Of a DNA stretch of 64,000 nucleotides, positions 51,381 to 63,951 are shown piece by piece (within the stretch, counting starts at the first letter, position 1; each line of letters begins with the position of its first letter). The notes below the pieces were generated by a model. That model was given only the letters and a program-made list of their open reading frames with translations, was not told the DNA's origin and did not search any database. The translations under genes were made by a program, and so were the position numbers. The stretch lies in NCBI GenBank assembly GCA_951406725.2, contig OX597816.1, forward strand, positions 142,104,001 to 142,168,000. The letters are read 5' to 3'. This DNA comes from Octopus vulgaris (taxonomy: Eukaryota).

Positions 51381-52310
51381 TTTCACTAAAGTTCTATGTT
51401 GCCATTTATGATATAAGCTTTTAAAGTGCCTAAATTCCATTCAAAACATCTTGTATGATACAATAATTTAAAATGAATAATTGAAAGTCTAAGGATTTTA
51501 AAAGACGTCTCTATACGTACATATTGATTTACACACATACTGATATACATCAATACACACACACACATATTATATATACTTCTTAGCTTTGAATTACATT
51601 CATATAGTGGCCTAATACTTTCAACTAATCATGCTATCATTTTTTTAATACTAAAATACACTTTAAAAATATTTCAAGCAGAGAGAGAGGAGAGGGACTG
51701 AGAGGAAGAGAGAAATAAAATGATAGTGACTTCACAAACTACATATCTGTATTCCTCTTCCATCTCTGTACCACTTTCCCCCCAGCTAATTTTCTACTTT
51801 CTGCTCTCTCTCTCTCTCTTTCATGTTAACTCCTCCTCTTACTCAGCTTCTTGCTTTTTTTTTTGTGTACCCCTCCGCTCTCTCTTTCTCAGCCAAGCCA
51901 TTACAACTCCAAGCTACCTTCACCTCTCACTTTTCACTCCTACTTTCTGATGTTACATTATAAACATCATCATGACTGCCACCACTACTACCATCTATTA
52001 TATTTAACTCATTTTTCTCCTTTTTCTCTCATGTTCCCCTTTATATCCAGTATTTCAGCTTTTCTTTTTTCTCACCCTCACTCAAACCAAGTCAATTTTC
52101 AGTAACTTTCACTCTCTTTCTCTCAATCTCAATATTTTACTACTTTTTTCTGTCTCACCCACCTTCTATTGCTTTCTCTATTCATCATTATCAATATCAA
52201 TGTCACCATCATCACTCTCATAATAACCAGCTGTTTTATTCTATTTGAGTTACCGCCCTTACCGTGACGCAAAAGGTATGTAGGTAGGTAGGAATGCACT
52301 ATTGTATTTA

Positions 52311-52360
<50 letters not shown>

Positions 52361-52599
52361 TGTAATTGTAGGAGGAAGGAAGGTAGGAGAAAGAGCAGTA
52401 GCTTCACAGAGGATGTGGAGAGTGAAAGGCAAAGTTGTACTAGTTGAGACTAACAAGAGTGAAGAAGTCCTCTGCAATCAGAGCCCATGTTTCACTATTG
52501 CAGTTCTAACACAAGCCTCATACAATCTGTCCTTCACTCTGGAGCAAAATATTTCTGTTGCAATCAACATCAGTAACTCCATGTATTTTTCCAATTAGT

Positions 52600-53135
52600 T
52601 CTTACCACAGCTACTCTACTTCTGGAGTATCAGCTATTTTTAGTGAACCATTCAGGAATTTAGCAGAATCTATTTCCAGAGTGCTCATGGTATATATGCT
52701 CCAGTGTATCTGCCAAATATGAAGCTTGCTTTCTCTTTTAGTCCACCTGTTATTTCTCTATACTAATTGTGTGTCCATAGCTTACACAGGGTACTGTGTA
52801 TGGATTTTATACCAACCCCTTTTCTACATATAATGCAAAGCCATATCCCTGAAGATATCAGCTCTGTCTTCTTCTCTACTTGCTTAGTGTTTATTAAGTT
52901 TATTTTGAGGCCTCTTGATTCTGAGTTTAGATTACATGCCTGAGATTTCATCTCAACTATATGGACTAAATCATCAGCAAATAGTCATAAAATCCTCTGA
53001 GATGGCCTAAGGGACTATAAGAGAAGACTGAACCTTGATAGGCTTCATACTAAATTTGTCAGTGAAGTCATTGTTGACTCACACTTACTGCATCTTTGTA
53101 CATAACTTGTATAATTCTCACAAGCCACTCATCTA
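52600..53135 (-). mobile_element. Old RTE LINE RT fragment
   Basis: FADD near 52970-52981; ORF 52763-52951 CIICRKGVGIKSIHSTLCKLWTH. Confidence 0.8.
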
Positions 53136-54507
53136 ATTGGTTTATTTTTGCAATATTTTTTACAATATACATGCATGGTGTGATATTTTCATTGTGACTA
53201 TTCTTGTCTGGTTCCTGATTTACTGCTATTTTCACCTCTACTGATAGCTTGTTGATACAAAAAGTTTTCTACAATAGCTAAACTGCTTTTGTTTTCTCTT
53301 ATAAATTACCAGTCTTGTTACCAAAAAAATTTACTGCTGTCATAGTTGCAAGTTTTGTTCAGTCTTTTTTCTGCTATACTATAGCTACATATTTCAATAA
53401 ATGTTAAATGCTTAAATACATTAAGACTATTTTTAATATTGCTTGCTGGAATCAAGGGTAGTGGGGAGACCTTACATACAGTAATTATTATATGCTACCA
53501 AATGTTGTAGTATAAAGCCTGTTGCATTTGTTTAGAGATTTTACCTCTTAACTTACATTAAAGCCAGAATCTTTAAAATTACTTGTGTAATGAATGACAT
53601 CAGAAAAATACTTACAACAGTTAACATCAAAAGTTTCTATCAGAATCAATTATTCAGACTTGATGTCTGCATAAGATTATATACAAGATATATAGATATA
53701 AGAGTATGCACATTCATATGTGCAAACTTGTCTACAATACTGAAACCGCTACAGTAGTTAATGATCAATGTTCATTAGAATAAAACTACTCAGTTTGCTT
53801 TAACCTGGAATATTTGGTATGTCTTAAAAATCTTTTTGAGCTCTGAAATTGATCATTGAACATAGCAGTTTCTTGCCATTTGAGCAATCAACATAGGGGG
53901 ATCTCTGTATATGTAAAACAAGATTCCAAGTGGTTTTCCATTATAACAAATTAACTTATACATTACAGAACTCTGTTTTTGTTCCGAGATTAATTTAGAA
54001 GAATAACTGAATTGTACAAATTTTTTTTCACACTTCCACTTATATATTCAAGACAAAACTGGAAGATCCCTTTACATTATCATCAGATTTAAGTATTTCA
54101 AATAGGGAACATTCCACAGTATTGTGTTCACACACAAATCTGCACAATAGTCATAGTTTGTGAAAACAGGAACATGATTGTTCGTCTACTGCTGCTTATG
54201 CATAAATTATCATAATTTTCTAATTTTACCCGTTGCGGAGAAAATGTTCTTCTTTTGCTAGACAGAAATAGAAAAAAACATTAACTGGTTAAAAGTACTG
54301 GGACATTGACTCCTCAAGGGAACAAATATTCAGTAATATTGAAAACCTAAATCTGCTTCAGAGAAACAGCAGCGCTACTTTTCCAATAAATAATTTTCTC
54401 CTTCACAACATTTTAAGGCCTTTAAATCTTGTTAGTTCTCATACAAATGGTCGATTCAGAACTTACATTGCAGAATCTCAGTTTTTGGGCCAGAGCTACT
54501 CAATAAT

Positions 54508-54722
54508 CGTTTCTACTCTAGGTACAAGTCCCGAAATTTAAGGAGAGGGGGCCAGTCAATTAGATAAACCCCAGGATGCAACTAGTACTTAATTTATTAA
54601 CCCTGAAAGGATGAAAGGCAAAGTCGACCCTGGCGGAATTTGAACTCAGAACATAACGGCAGACGAAATACTGCAAAGCATTTAACCCGGCATGCTAACA
54701 TTTCTGCCAGCTCGCCACTTTA
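54508..54722 (-). mobile_element. OK-type SINE with TSD
   Basis: TSD AGAGCTACTCAAT at 54492-54504 and 54723-54735. Confidence 0.9.
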
Positions 54723-54904
54723 AGAGCTACTCAATTATGCTTTCAAAGTGGCCAGATGTTTTTTCTGTTCCATCCAAGGTACATAAGTATTTTTTTGTTA
54801 TGGAGAGGAAGTCTGTTGCAGAAAAATTGTGAAGTCCTAAAGCAAACAGTCTGCAGTCTTGAACAGATACATTGTATATATAGGGAATGTCCAAAATGTG
54901 GAGT

Positions 54905-56465
54905 TAAAAGTGGCCACGCAAGTCGCGGATACAAGCCGAACTGCAAGCACCAAATTTTATAGTTACCTGGTAACATCGAGTTATCAATCGCTGATAATCC
55001 AGCCTCGGCCTGTTTCATAATTTCCATCCCGCGACTTCTGTCTGACAATGTTTCAGCATATACTCGCCCCAAGCTCTTGACGGGCTCTTCCTTGACTGTT
55101 GGAATGCTTTCTTCAGCTATTCGAAACTTAAATTCTTTCTGCACTCTCTTAACAAATGTCAGACTATGTTACTTTTTTGCTCTAAATCTCATTCTTGACC
55201 ACCTCACAAGTTCGTCTAATCTCAAGAGGGCATTCTGCATGATTTGTTTATCTGTAGCAAGAAGTGTCATGTCATCCATGAAGGCTTTCTTAGGCGATTG
55301 TACATGGGCGATATGTTCCGAAAAATCTACAGCTTTCAAAATCATCTCCATGACTAAGATAAACCACGTGACAGATATTGTACAGCCAGCAGCAATGCCA
55401 ATCTCCAGTCGGTGCCAGTCTGTTGTAAAATCTCCAGCTGTAAACATCATTTCGAAACTGTCATAGTACATCCTCATTATTTTGATCACTTTGTCTGGAA
55501 TGTGGAAGTGGTCCATGGCTCTTATTAGTAATTTGTGTGGCACTGAACCATACGCGTTAGCTAGGTCAACCATACCACGTTCAGACTTTTCCTGTTCTGT
55601 TTGGCATCCTGGATCGCTTTTCAAATCGAAAAACAGTGTTCAATGTATTCAGGGATCCTGGAGATTCCAGCCTTTTGAACAGATTCATCAACATATCCGT
55701 TATTCTGTAAATATGTCACTGTTCTCCTCGAAAGAATTCCCATAAAGATCTTGCCTTCCACGTTCAATAAGGATATCGGCCTAAACTGTTTTATGGTCTT
55801 TGCATTGGCCTCCTTCAGCAGGTATGTACCGTCTGCCTTACACCAATCCTCTACTATAGTCTCCTCGCGCCACACTTGTCGGAGTAGGACGAAGAGCTTC
55901 TTTCGCAGATGATTGCAATATTTATAGACTTTATATGAGACGCCATCACCTCCTGGGACACTCTTTGCTCTAGCTTTTCTTACAAAGTCATTCACCTCTC
56001 TCTCCCTGATGTCCCCAATCTAGAATTCGATATCAGGTCCTGAGAGATGATTTAGCCCATGTAGAGGTGGCAGTGGCTGGTTACGGTGCGGATCGCTGTA
56101 GGTTTCCTTGATATGAGCATCCAATTCTTCTTTTGTGCACGATAAAGAATCACTCTTCGGTTCAGTGAACAGCTTCTTAGTAAACCCGTAAGGGTCCTTC
56201 AGAAACTGTCCCCGAGTCCTTTTACTCTCCTTTCGACACTCATATCGGCGGATATGTCGTTGCACATAATGACATTTCCATTTCAAATCATTATACAGCA
56301 GCGTGAGGCTAAGTTTCTCATCTTGTGTTGCACATCTCCGTCGCTTTCTTAGGTTTGTCTTTTCCTTCTTCAACTGCTTCATTTTCCTGATCCTCCTGCT
56401 TGGTCCACACTTTCCTTTCGCTAATCGGATATTCTCTTTTACTCCAAATAAATCCTTTCCTGTAT
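54905..56465 (-). mobile_element. Hero/R2-group LINE RT fragment
   Basis: KARAKSVPGGDGVSYKVYK, QFRPISLLNVEGKIF, VQKAG, DLANAYGSVPH, GIAAGCTIS, KAFMDD, PVKSLG spread over four broken ORFs. Confidence 0.88.
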
Positions 56466-58387
56466 ATTGTCCATAAGGAGCCAGAAATGCTTTTCTTTTA
56501 AATTTTGAACATGAAAAGGAGGTTTGAGTTTAATAAAGGCTATCAATAATTCCAGATCAGGATTCTTGATGATGATTATTACACTGAACAGTCATTGCCA
56601 CTATATGTGCATTGCAAATACTAAATATACCCAAGTGTAGAATTAAAAAGTGTACCTGCCAAATAATACAGGCTATTGTTCAGTCTGAGAGAGAAGGACA
56701 GTATATATAACCCTTACAGACACCCTCAGACTTGTAAGTTTGATATACTTGTTTCATTTGGAAACATAACAACTGATGTCTATAAGAAAATGTGAAGGCA
56801 AGAATGGAATTTTAGTAAAATCAGGCTATGGTGAAATAAAAATTAAGAAAAGTATTTAGTATGGGGTGTATTTAGTGACGAAGTAAAAGTGATGACAGGA
56901 GGACTGCATGTCAAATGAGATTTAGGTGGAGCTAGTACACAGGTAGTAAATTCAGAATAGTAGAAACTATTTTAGTAATGATTTTTAAATGATGATGCAC
57001 AGTAAAAGAGTGACAGATGAAGCTCATAGATAGGTAACTCAGCTAGGAAATTTTCATCCCATGAGACATGATTGCAGCCTCTTTGCCAAAGTTTTCAAGA
57101 GCAAAAGATTACTTGTGTGTGATGTAGAAGAGCAAGGCTATAATATAATTGGCTCAATAGAAATTAGAATGGTGGTTACTTAAGTGAAATGAGGACTGAA
57201 AGTGATAAAGTAGGAGGTAGTTTACAATGTTTTCCACTGACTTTGAGATGACTGATCAATAACTGTAAGGATCAAGTAGTTGTTATTCTTAAGATTGGAG
57301 CATACATCTGTATCTTTGGATACTGGGTCGATCATTGAAAGAAACAAAGGCTTGTAGAGTGTGGTGACTAGTACACACTGTCTGAGGTCAAGAAAAATAT
57401 AATTGAAACTGGTAGCAGTAATCCAGTTTGTCTTGTGCCAACTTGAAAATTAATCAACTTTTAATCTTATGATCTGAGAAGGCTATTCCTCTCTTAGCTA
57501 CACATTCTTCATAGCATGCTGGTATTTGGTGTGACAAAGGTAGCAGACATAAATACATAAAAATCATATATATTAAGAAGAAAATGTGAGATGTCAGAGT
57601 TAAATAAATACTTCTATTTGAAAGAAATCTATATTTCATATAGATTTCTTTCAAATTTAAACACAATGCATATCTCATATTTCATAAGTCTTTTGACAAT
57701 CCAGAAGAATATTTCTACACAGAATCATACTATGCTGTCAAACTTACATTGTGTTTCAGTCAACATATGTCATAAAAGCATAACTATACAGAAATAATAT
57801 TGTTGTAAAAACATTTGCTTAAAAGCATGCTACATTTAAAGTCCAATAATTTCTATATGCATTTTCTATATAAAAATGGAAAATAAAAAGTTTATCAGCT
57901 TAAAACTTAAAACAAATACAATTATTCCCTTAAGTATATGTATGACCTTTAAGAACAGCCATTTTATCAAGGTGCCTGACCTGGTTTGAGCAATTGGTTC
58001 CCATATTTCAGTTGCTTTTTTTTACAGCATATTCAACTGAATATGTATATATTTTCCATTGCTATAAAGCAGTACTTTAATCTTCATAATAGTAAGAGGA
58101 GGATATAAGAATATATGTATATAACCCAACCATGAAGTGCAGGAAATTCTGAAACATTAACAGTTTTTGAAAAATGTTGAAATTTAGAACAAAGGTTTGC
58201 TTTTATGACCATTTTATGAAGTCTTTCAACAACATTAAGGTTAGAGCTGAATTTAATAAAAGAGGTGAAGATTCAAAGATATGCAATTCCAATGGGATAA
58301 AATACTGGGAAAGAGTGTTTGTAAGAGAATTACTAATCAGTTGAGTGACTTTCTCTCTAATGTAGAATTATTTGAAAATAAATAAAT

Positions 58388-59460
58388 GTGTGTCCAGTTG
58401 TGCACCTAACATAAAAAACATTTTATTAAGTATCCACAATACAATGGAGGAGGCAGGTTGCTCTTGCAGGGTATATAATAACTGTCCAGTAGGAGACCGA
58501 TGTGAGGCTGGAGGGATAATATATGAGGTTATGGTGATACCTTGACCTAATATCTGTAATAACAGTAATGTAACATTGAACAGCAATATTATCGGCAGAG
58601 TAATCAGGACGCACACCAATGAAGTTGTCACACCTAGAGATAATAACCAAGCCAGGGCCAGCATCACAGAAGATCCTGGTACCACTGCCATGGATAATGA
58701 ACAAACCGTAGATGTAGATAGAGTGCCCAGTACAAACTCCGCACTTTGAAATAATGATCTATCCAAATCCAACAACATGAAGGAGGTATCTGCCATTCCC
58801 AGCTCCACCACCTCAGATGAGGACCAAGTATTCATCTTCGACACCAATGGGATGACCAGCCCCGCGCTATATGTTACTAGGAGTGCGAATAGGGCCACTC
58901 CCATGTTTATAAATATATTGGTTTGGCAAGTACTTTGTTCAAGAAACATTTTCTTAACCACCAGTCATCTTTCAGAGTCCCAGGAAGGTATTTTGTCATG
59001 TCCCGATCCACCATGGGTGGCACCTCAATGATCAAGGGACTCCATGTGATGCCAGGTGGAAATTAATTGATTTTCTGGGCCCGTATATTAATGGAAGTGG
59101 CCATTGCAGGATCTGCATCACAAAGAGAACAAAAATTCTTAAGGAATCTAAAAAAACCTGCACATTAAACAGCCATAAAGAAGCGTTTTATAAATGTATC
59201 CACATCAAGCAATACTTACTAGAAAATTGGATCTCTCTATTTGCTTGTTAGGTCTTTCCGAGTCTATAAAGGCACCCCCTCTGTTTAAGGGGAAATAACC
59301 TGTACTCATTAACATTTTTACATATTCCTCGATTTCTGAGCATTTCCTCATGTCTGCAATGTAGATATTTTAAAATTTTGTATTCATATAGAATCTGATG
59401 AGCTGTCCACAAGGCTTTGGCTTTGTGGGTGCAAAACCTTGGGTAACTGTATATAAAATG
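58388..59460 (+). mobile_element. Penelope-like element (Naiad-like) 3' fragment: Cys linker, split GIY-YIG endonuclease, 3' hammerhead
   Basis: SSCAPNIKNILLSIHN, CSCRVYNNCPVGDRC..GIIY, YIGLASTLFKKHFLNHQSSF, CRIC, LNSHKE..CIH; stop at 59249-59251; two TGA codons and frameshifts. Confidence 0.85.
59386..59454 (+). ncRNA. Type I hammerhead ribozyme with one core mutation
   Basis: ATATAGAAT-CTGATGA-long stem II (59402-59432)-AAAA(for GAAA)-CC-TTG-GG-TA-ACTGTATAT. Confidence 0.75.
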
Positions 59461-59468
59461 TTGTTGTA

Positions 59469-59507
<39 letters not shown>

Positions 59508-60607
59508 CACACACACACACATACATATATATTAATTGTTCTCCTGTGAAATGTCCATAAGACTTGCTAGTATATATAAATATGCAGTGAAGTTTATTAT
59601 ATTAAATTTTAGTTTCATAATCTCCTGGCATTTTCAGTTGTTAAATCTTGCTTTTTCTTGAGTCAGCAACTTTCTGAATGTTTTGTATTTCTCTTAGCCT
59701 CCAGTCCTCCTTAATTATTTTAGTAGAAACTCAGTTCCTTGTACATCTCCTATTTATTACTTTGTTCTTTAACTTTGCAAGTTCTATCATATGTTGGGTT
59801 GAACAACTAAGATTATACTTAATTTATCAGTCTGAAATAGCTATTCTTGCTCTCTCAGTTCTCTAAACAATTTTGCAGAATGCAGTGTTCCTAAGTTCTC
59901 ACTGGTACTATACTACTATGCTCTATAGCTTAGTTTGCCATGGTGTAGTTAAAAAATTTGCTTCCAATCATATTGTTTCAAGTTCAAACCCTCTGCTTGT
60001 ACCTTGTGTACATATCTTCTGTTGTAGCTCCTGGTTGACCAGGAAAGCCTTGTGAGTGGTTTGGAGAGATGAAAATCGAAAGAAGCTCATCACGTGTGTG
60101 TTTCCTTGCATTGACATTTTGTGGTCATTATAAACGAGTTACTGCCATACAAGCAATATCCTTCTCTTCCAATCTCTTGTGAAAATATGTTTGGCATGGT
60201 GGAAATATGTCTGCCCATCAGGGAACAGGTGAGGGTAGGTGACAGGAATAATCTTGGATAAATAGAAAGAATAAAACAATTTGATCTGAAGACTTAAAGA
60301 ATATAACATTGGTACAAGGTAGCAAAATTTACAAGGAATAGTAAATTGACATTTCTACTTGCATATGTTTGAAGTCTGATTCAGTGACTCAGCTTTGTGA
60401 ATTATAAACCTTATTCTACACAACTTACCAGAATTATAACTTTCAAGGTCAAACTGTATTGCAATATCCACAAGTCTTGTAAATTATCTCGCACTGAGAT
60501 CCGTTTCCAAATTACATCTAGATATATAGATCTGTATTAAAGAATATAGACTGAGTTACGTCATAGTTCTGATATATTTCTTCACTATATTTTATCTTAT
60601 ATTTCAG

Positions 60608-60748
60608 GACCAGTATTTCATGATGATGATTGTATGGAACCAATTGCACTTGGAATGGAAAGTGGAGGGATACCTGATAGTAGCATCTGGGCATCAACAT
60701 CAGGGAAAAAACGATCTCCTGAAATGGCTCGATTAGGCCATGCTTCTG
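60608..60748 (+). CDS. Internal coding exon: start of an F5/8 type C (discoidin) domain
   Basis: Pyrimidine tract and TTTCAG acceptor, G|GTAAGT donor, 141 nt, phase 1-1, open frame PVFHDDDCMEPIALGMESGGIPDSSIWASTSGKKRSPEMARLGHAS matching the C..LGMESG.I.D..I.AS..ARL pattern. Confidence 0.88.
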
Positions 60749-61379
60749 GTAAGTACAGCCCAATTACTTTCTGTAGTGTTTTTTTCCCAGCAATATAATA
60801 TTAAATCAAAATCACAAATTCTATTCATTTAGAACACATTGTTTCCATTTTGTGATTCAAAGTTTAGTTTAAATTCTTGAATTCCTGTAGTGCTTTCTCT
60901 ATATAAATTTCCCAATCCCGTTAGAAACAAGAGATTTTGATAAAATGCAGTTGGTATCATATAAAATTATGAAAATATAATTATTGCATGAATTAGGATG
61001 AAACTTGCGATATGACACAATGCCCCTTGGCGTACATTGTGTATGTGGTTTTTGACTGTTGTTGATTTTTACCTGTTATGTTACTTCCACATGAACAGTA
61101 AACTGAATACAGCTAAGTTGATGACATGTAGATAGTTCTATATGTATTTACAAGTCATTAGTTCCTGGACACCATTTTTATTTTGTATCTTTGAGCTGAA
61201 TTTGTGTGCTGATAGTATTTGTAACTTGGAAGCTGCACAATTTCCATTAGAAAAAGCATTCCAAGATACATCAGAAACTTTTAATGAATAAAAGTGTCAA
61301 TATTATTCTGTAATCAGAAATACTGTGTGTTAATAATATATTAATAATGAATTATTTAGCAACCCTTTACATTAAAATT

Positions 61380-62260
61380 CATCATCATCATTTAACGTCC
61401 GTTCTCCATGCTAGCATGGGTTGGACGGTTCGACCGAGGATCTGGGAAGCCAGAAGGCTGCACCAGGCTCCAGTCTGATCTGGCAGTGTTTCTACAGCTG
61501 GATGCCCTTCCTAATGCCAACCACTCCGTGAGTGTAGTGGGTGCTTTTTACATGCCACCTGCACAGGTGCCAGGCAAGGCTGGCAACGGCCACGATCGGA
61601 TTGGTGCTTTTTACGTGCCACTGGCACGGAAGCCAGTCAAGGCGGCACTGGCATTGGCCACGATTTGGATAGCGCTTTTTATGTGCCACCGGCACGGAAG
61701 CCAGTCTAGGCGCCGCTGGCATTGGCCACCTTCAGATGGTGCTGTTTACATGCCATCGGCGCAGGGATCACAACTGCAGTTTCCATTGATTTTGATGTTG
61801 GTGTACTTGACTCAATGGATCTCCTCAAGCACGGTCAAAATGGTGTTTCTTCACTTGCCACCAGCACAGGAGTCAGTCCAGTGGTCCTGGTAACTGTCGG
61901 GTGCCAGTCATAGGATTGGTTCAATTTCGATTCCAATTTCAATTTCACTTGCCCCAACAGGTCTTCGCAAGCAGAGTTTAGTGTCAAATGAAGGGAGGTT
62001 GGCATGGGTGCCTGTCGTCGGATGAGGTTCGATTTCGACTTCGCTTGCCTCAACAGGTCTTTGTGTGTCCAAGGGAGGAAAGACATGCATAAGTAGGCTG
62101 GATTCACTTGTCCTGCCTGGTCTTCTCACGCACAACATATTTCCAAAGGTCTCAGTCACTGGTCATTGCCTCGGTGAGGCCTAAAGTTCGAAGGTCGTGC
62201 TTCACCACCTTGTCCCAGGTTTTCCTGGGTCTACCTCTTCCACGGGTTCCCTCAACTGTT
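61380..62260 (-). mobile_element. Young RTE LINE 3' end
   Basis: (CAT)n tail; 3' UTR with internal repeats; C-terminal VEGTRGRGRPRKTWDKVVKHDL near 62195-62258. Confidence 0.92.
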
Positions 62261-62849
62261 ATACATATATAGTGAATCATATTTACTATATATGTATGGC
62301 AGTCTGCTACTTACTTCATTGATCCCTATTTCTTGCATCACTAAACTTCACAACATAAAAGAATGCAATGTAAACAAACATACATATACAGGACTACCAT
62401 TAAGTACTAGACAAAATAAATGATCATTTAAGGCACTAAAATTTGAGGGTACCATGTAAACTCTGAACAACTTCCAAAAAATTTCTTAATCTGACTCAAA
62501 ACATGAAACCTGAGTAGTAAAGAGAGAAAGTAAGGTGACTCCTGGAATAGAGGGCTGAGATAAGTTAGTGGGTTAGTCAGGATGGCCATGTGGTGTTATA
62601 ATCTATCACTTAATTTGGCAGGAAACATTTCAGTTTTGCTAGAAAACAGATTTATAATTAGCTTGTTTGCAAGTTGATTATAATTTTACACCATTTTTTT
62701 TTCTAGTTGGTCTGAAAGTGGGTGATTTCTATAGAAAGTAAATTGTAGGACTAGGAGAATGGGATGCAAATTGTACAGCTGGCCTTGGTGGCTGAATATC
62801 CAAGTGATGGCCCTGCATGTGTGTGTCACAGCATGGCTGTAGTCTAATA

Positions 62850-63396
62850 ACTAAGACGAGTAAAAGATAAAAGAAAAGGTATGCTCAGTAAGGCATTCAA
62901 GAAAGTCCTGCGCACTACAGGCCTAAAAGTTAAAGTTGTAGAAAAGACAGGTAGGACTATCAAATCGGCATTATGCAGATCATATCCATTTGATAGAATC
63001 ACCTGTCAAAGTAATTGTGCAGTATGTTCGACAAATCCACATGTAAATTGTAAAACCAAGGGCACTGTATACCAGATTAAGTGCCAGGAAGGAGCTTGCG
63101 CGACTAACCCAGAGTCATACATAGGTGAGACCTCTAGAAGCATCAATGATAGGTTCAAAGAACACCTGGACAACTACATTGATAGGAAGCCAAACTCCAT
63201 CTTCTACCAACATGCTGTAGACTGCCACAAGGGATCCTTAGGGGAGCTTAAGTTGAACATCCTATCAACACACCCCACCGATGCAATGTTGAGACAGGTC
63301 ACAGAAGCTGTTTGTATACAAGAATACAAACCTACTCTCAACCGAAAGTCCGAATGGAATAACATCCAGATCCCATTCAGAAGGACTATTCTATAA
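62850..63396 (+). mobile_element. Penelope-like element GIY-YIG endonuclease C-terminus, open frame
   Basis: ORF 62881-63396: CQSNCAVC..NCKTKGTVYQIKC..YIGETSRSINDRFKEH..RQVTEAVCI..LNRKSEW. Confidence 0.9.
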
Positions 63397-63554
63397 CCAC
63401 CCCTCTCTCTCTCTCCCTTTTACCTGTAGTCCTTACATACGGGTTGCAACACGTATGTGCAGTTATATACAACGGTATGAGCAGACGTTGTTTGATACAA
63501 ACAGTTGCACCTAGGCGTTGTATCCATTCACGGTTAGACGATGATGAGAGGAAC

Positions 63555-63951
63555 AAACACACACCCACACACATATATATATGTGTGTGTGCATCTATAC
63601 AAACATATATGTAAATATGTATACAACCTTCAGCAAAGTAACAGTCATGTACACAACTTGGACGGACACATGCCAGTACACGGACATACGTTCACATACA
63701 CATACACATGTACACACTCTCACAGACACATCTGCCCATTCTCCTAGACACTCACATACATACGTAGCACATGAATACAAACATACATACATACCTACGT
63801 ATGGGCATACACACGTACATACGCACGTACATACGCACGTACATGTACGCACACACATACATGGGTACATGCACACGAGCGCGTATACATACACACATAC
63901 ATACATACATACATACATACATACATACGCACATACATACATACATACGCA
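63555..63951. repeat. Compound (CA)/(TACA)n simple repeat
   Basis: Direct reading. Confidence 0.9.

Noticed and set aside
58543-58749. In-frame TGA codons as selenocysteine (some Naiad elements encode selenoproteins)
   Set aside because: Both lie in the low-complexity insert rather than at conserved Cys positions, both fit CGA-to-TGA decay, the copy is frameshifted, and I see no SECIS-like motif after the stop
58368-58961. 197-aa hydrophobic minus-strand ORF as a membrane protein gene
   Set aside because: It is the antisense shadow of the plus-strand Penelope-like coding region; the hydrophobicity follows from complementing N/T/Q-rich codons
61535-61770. CRISPR-like repeat-spacer array
   Set aside because: Eukaryotic context, the spacers are homologous to each other, no cas genes; it is part of the RTE 3' UTR
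62708-62737. Next exon of the discoidin gene after TTTCTAG
   Set aside because: The in-frame translation (VGLKVGDFYR) does not match the expected Trp-containing continuation of the domain
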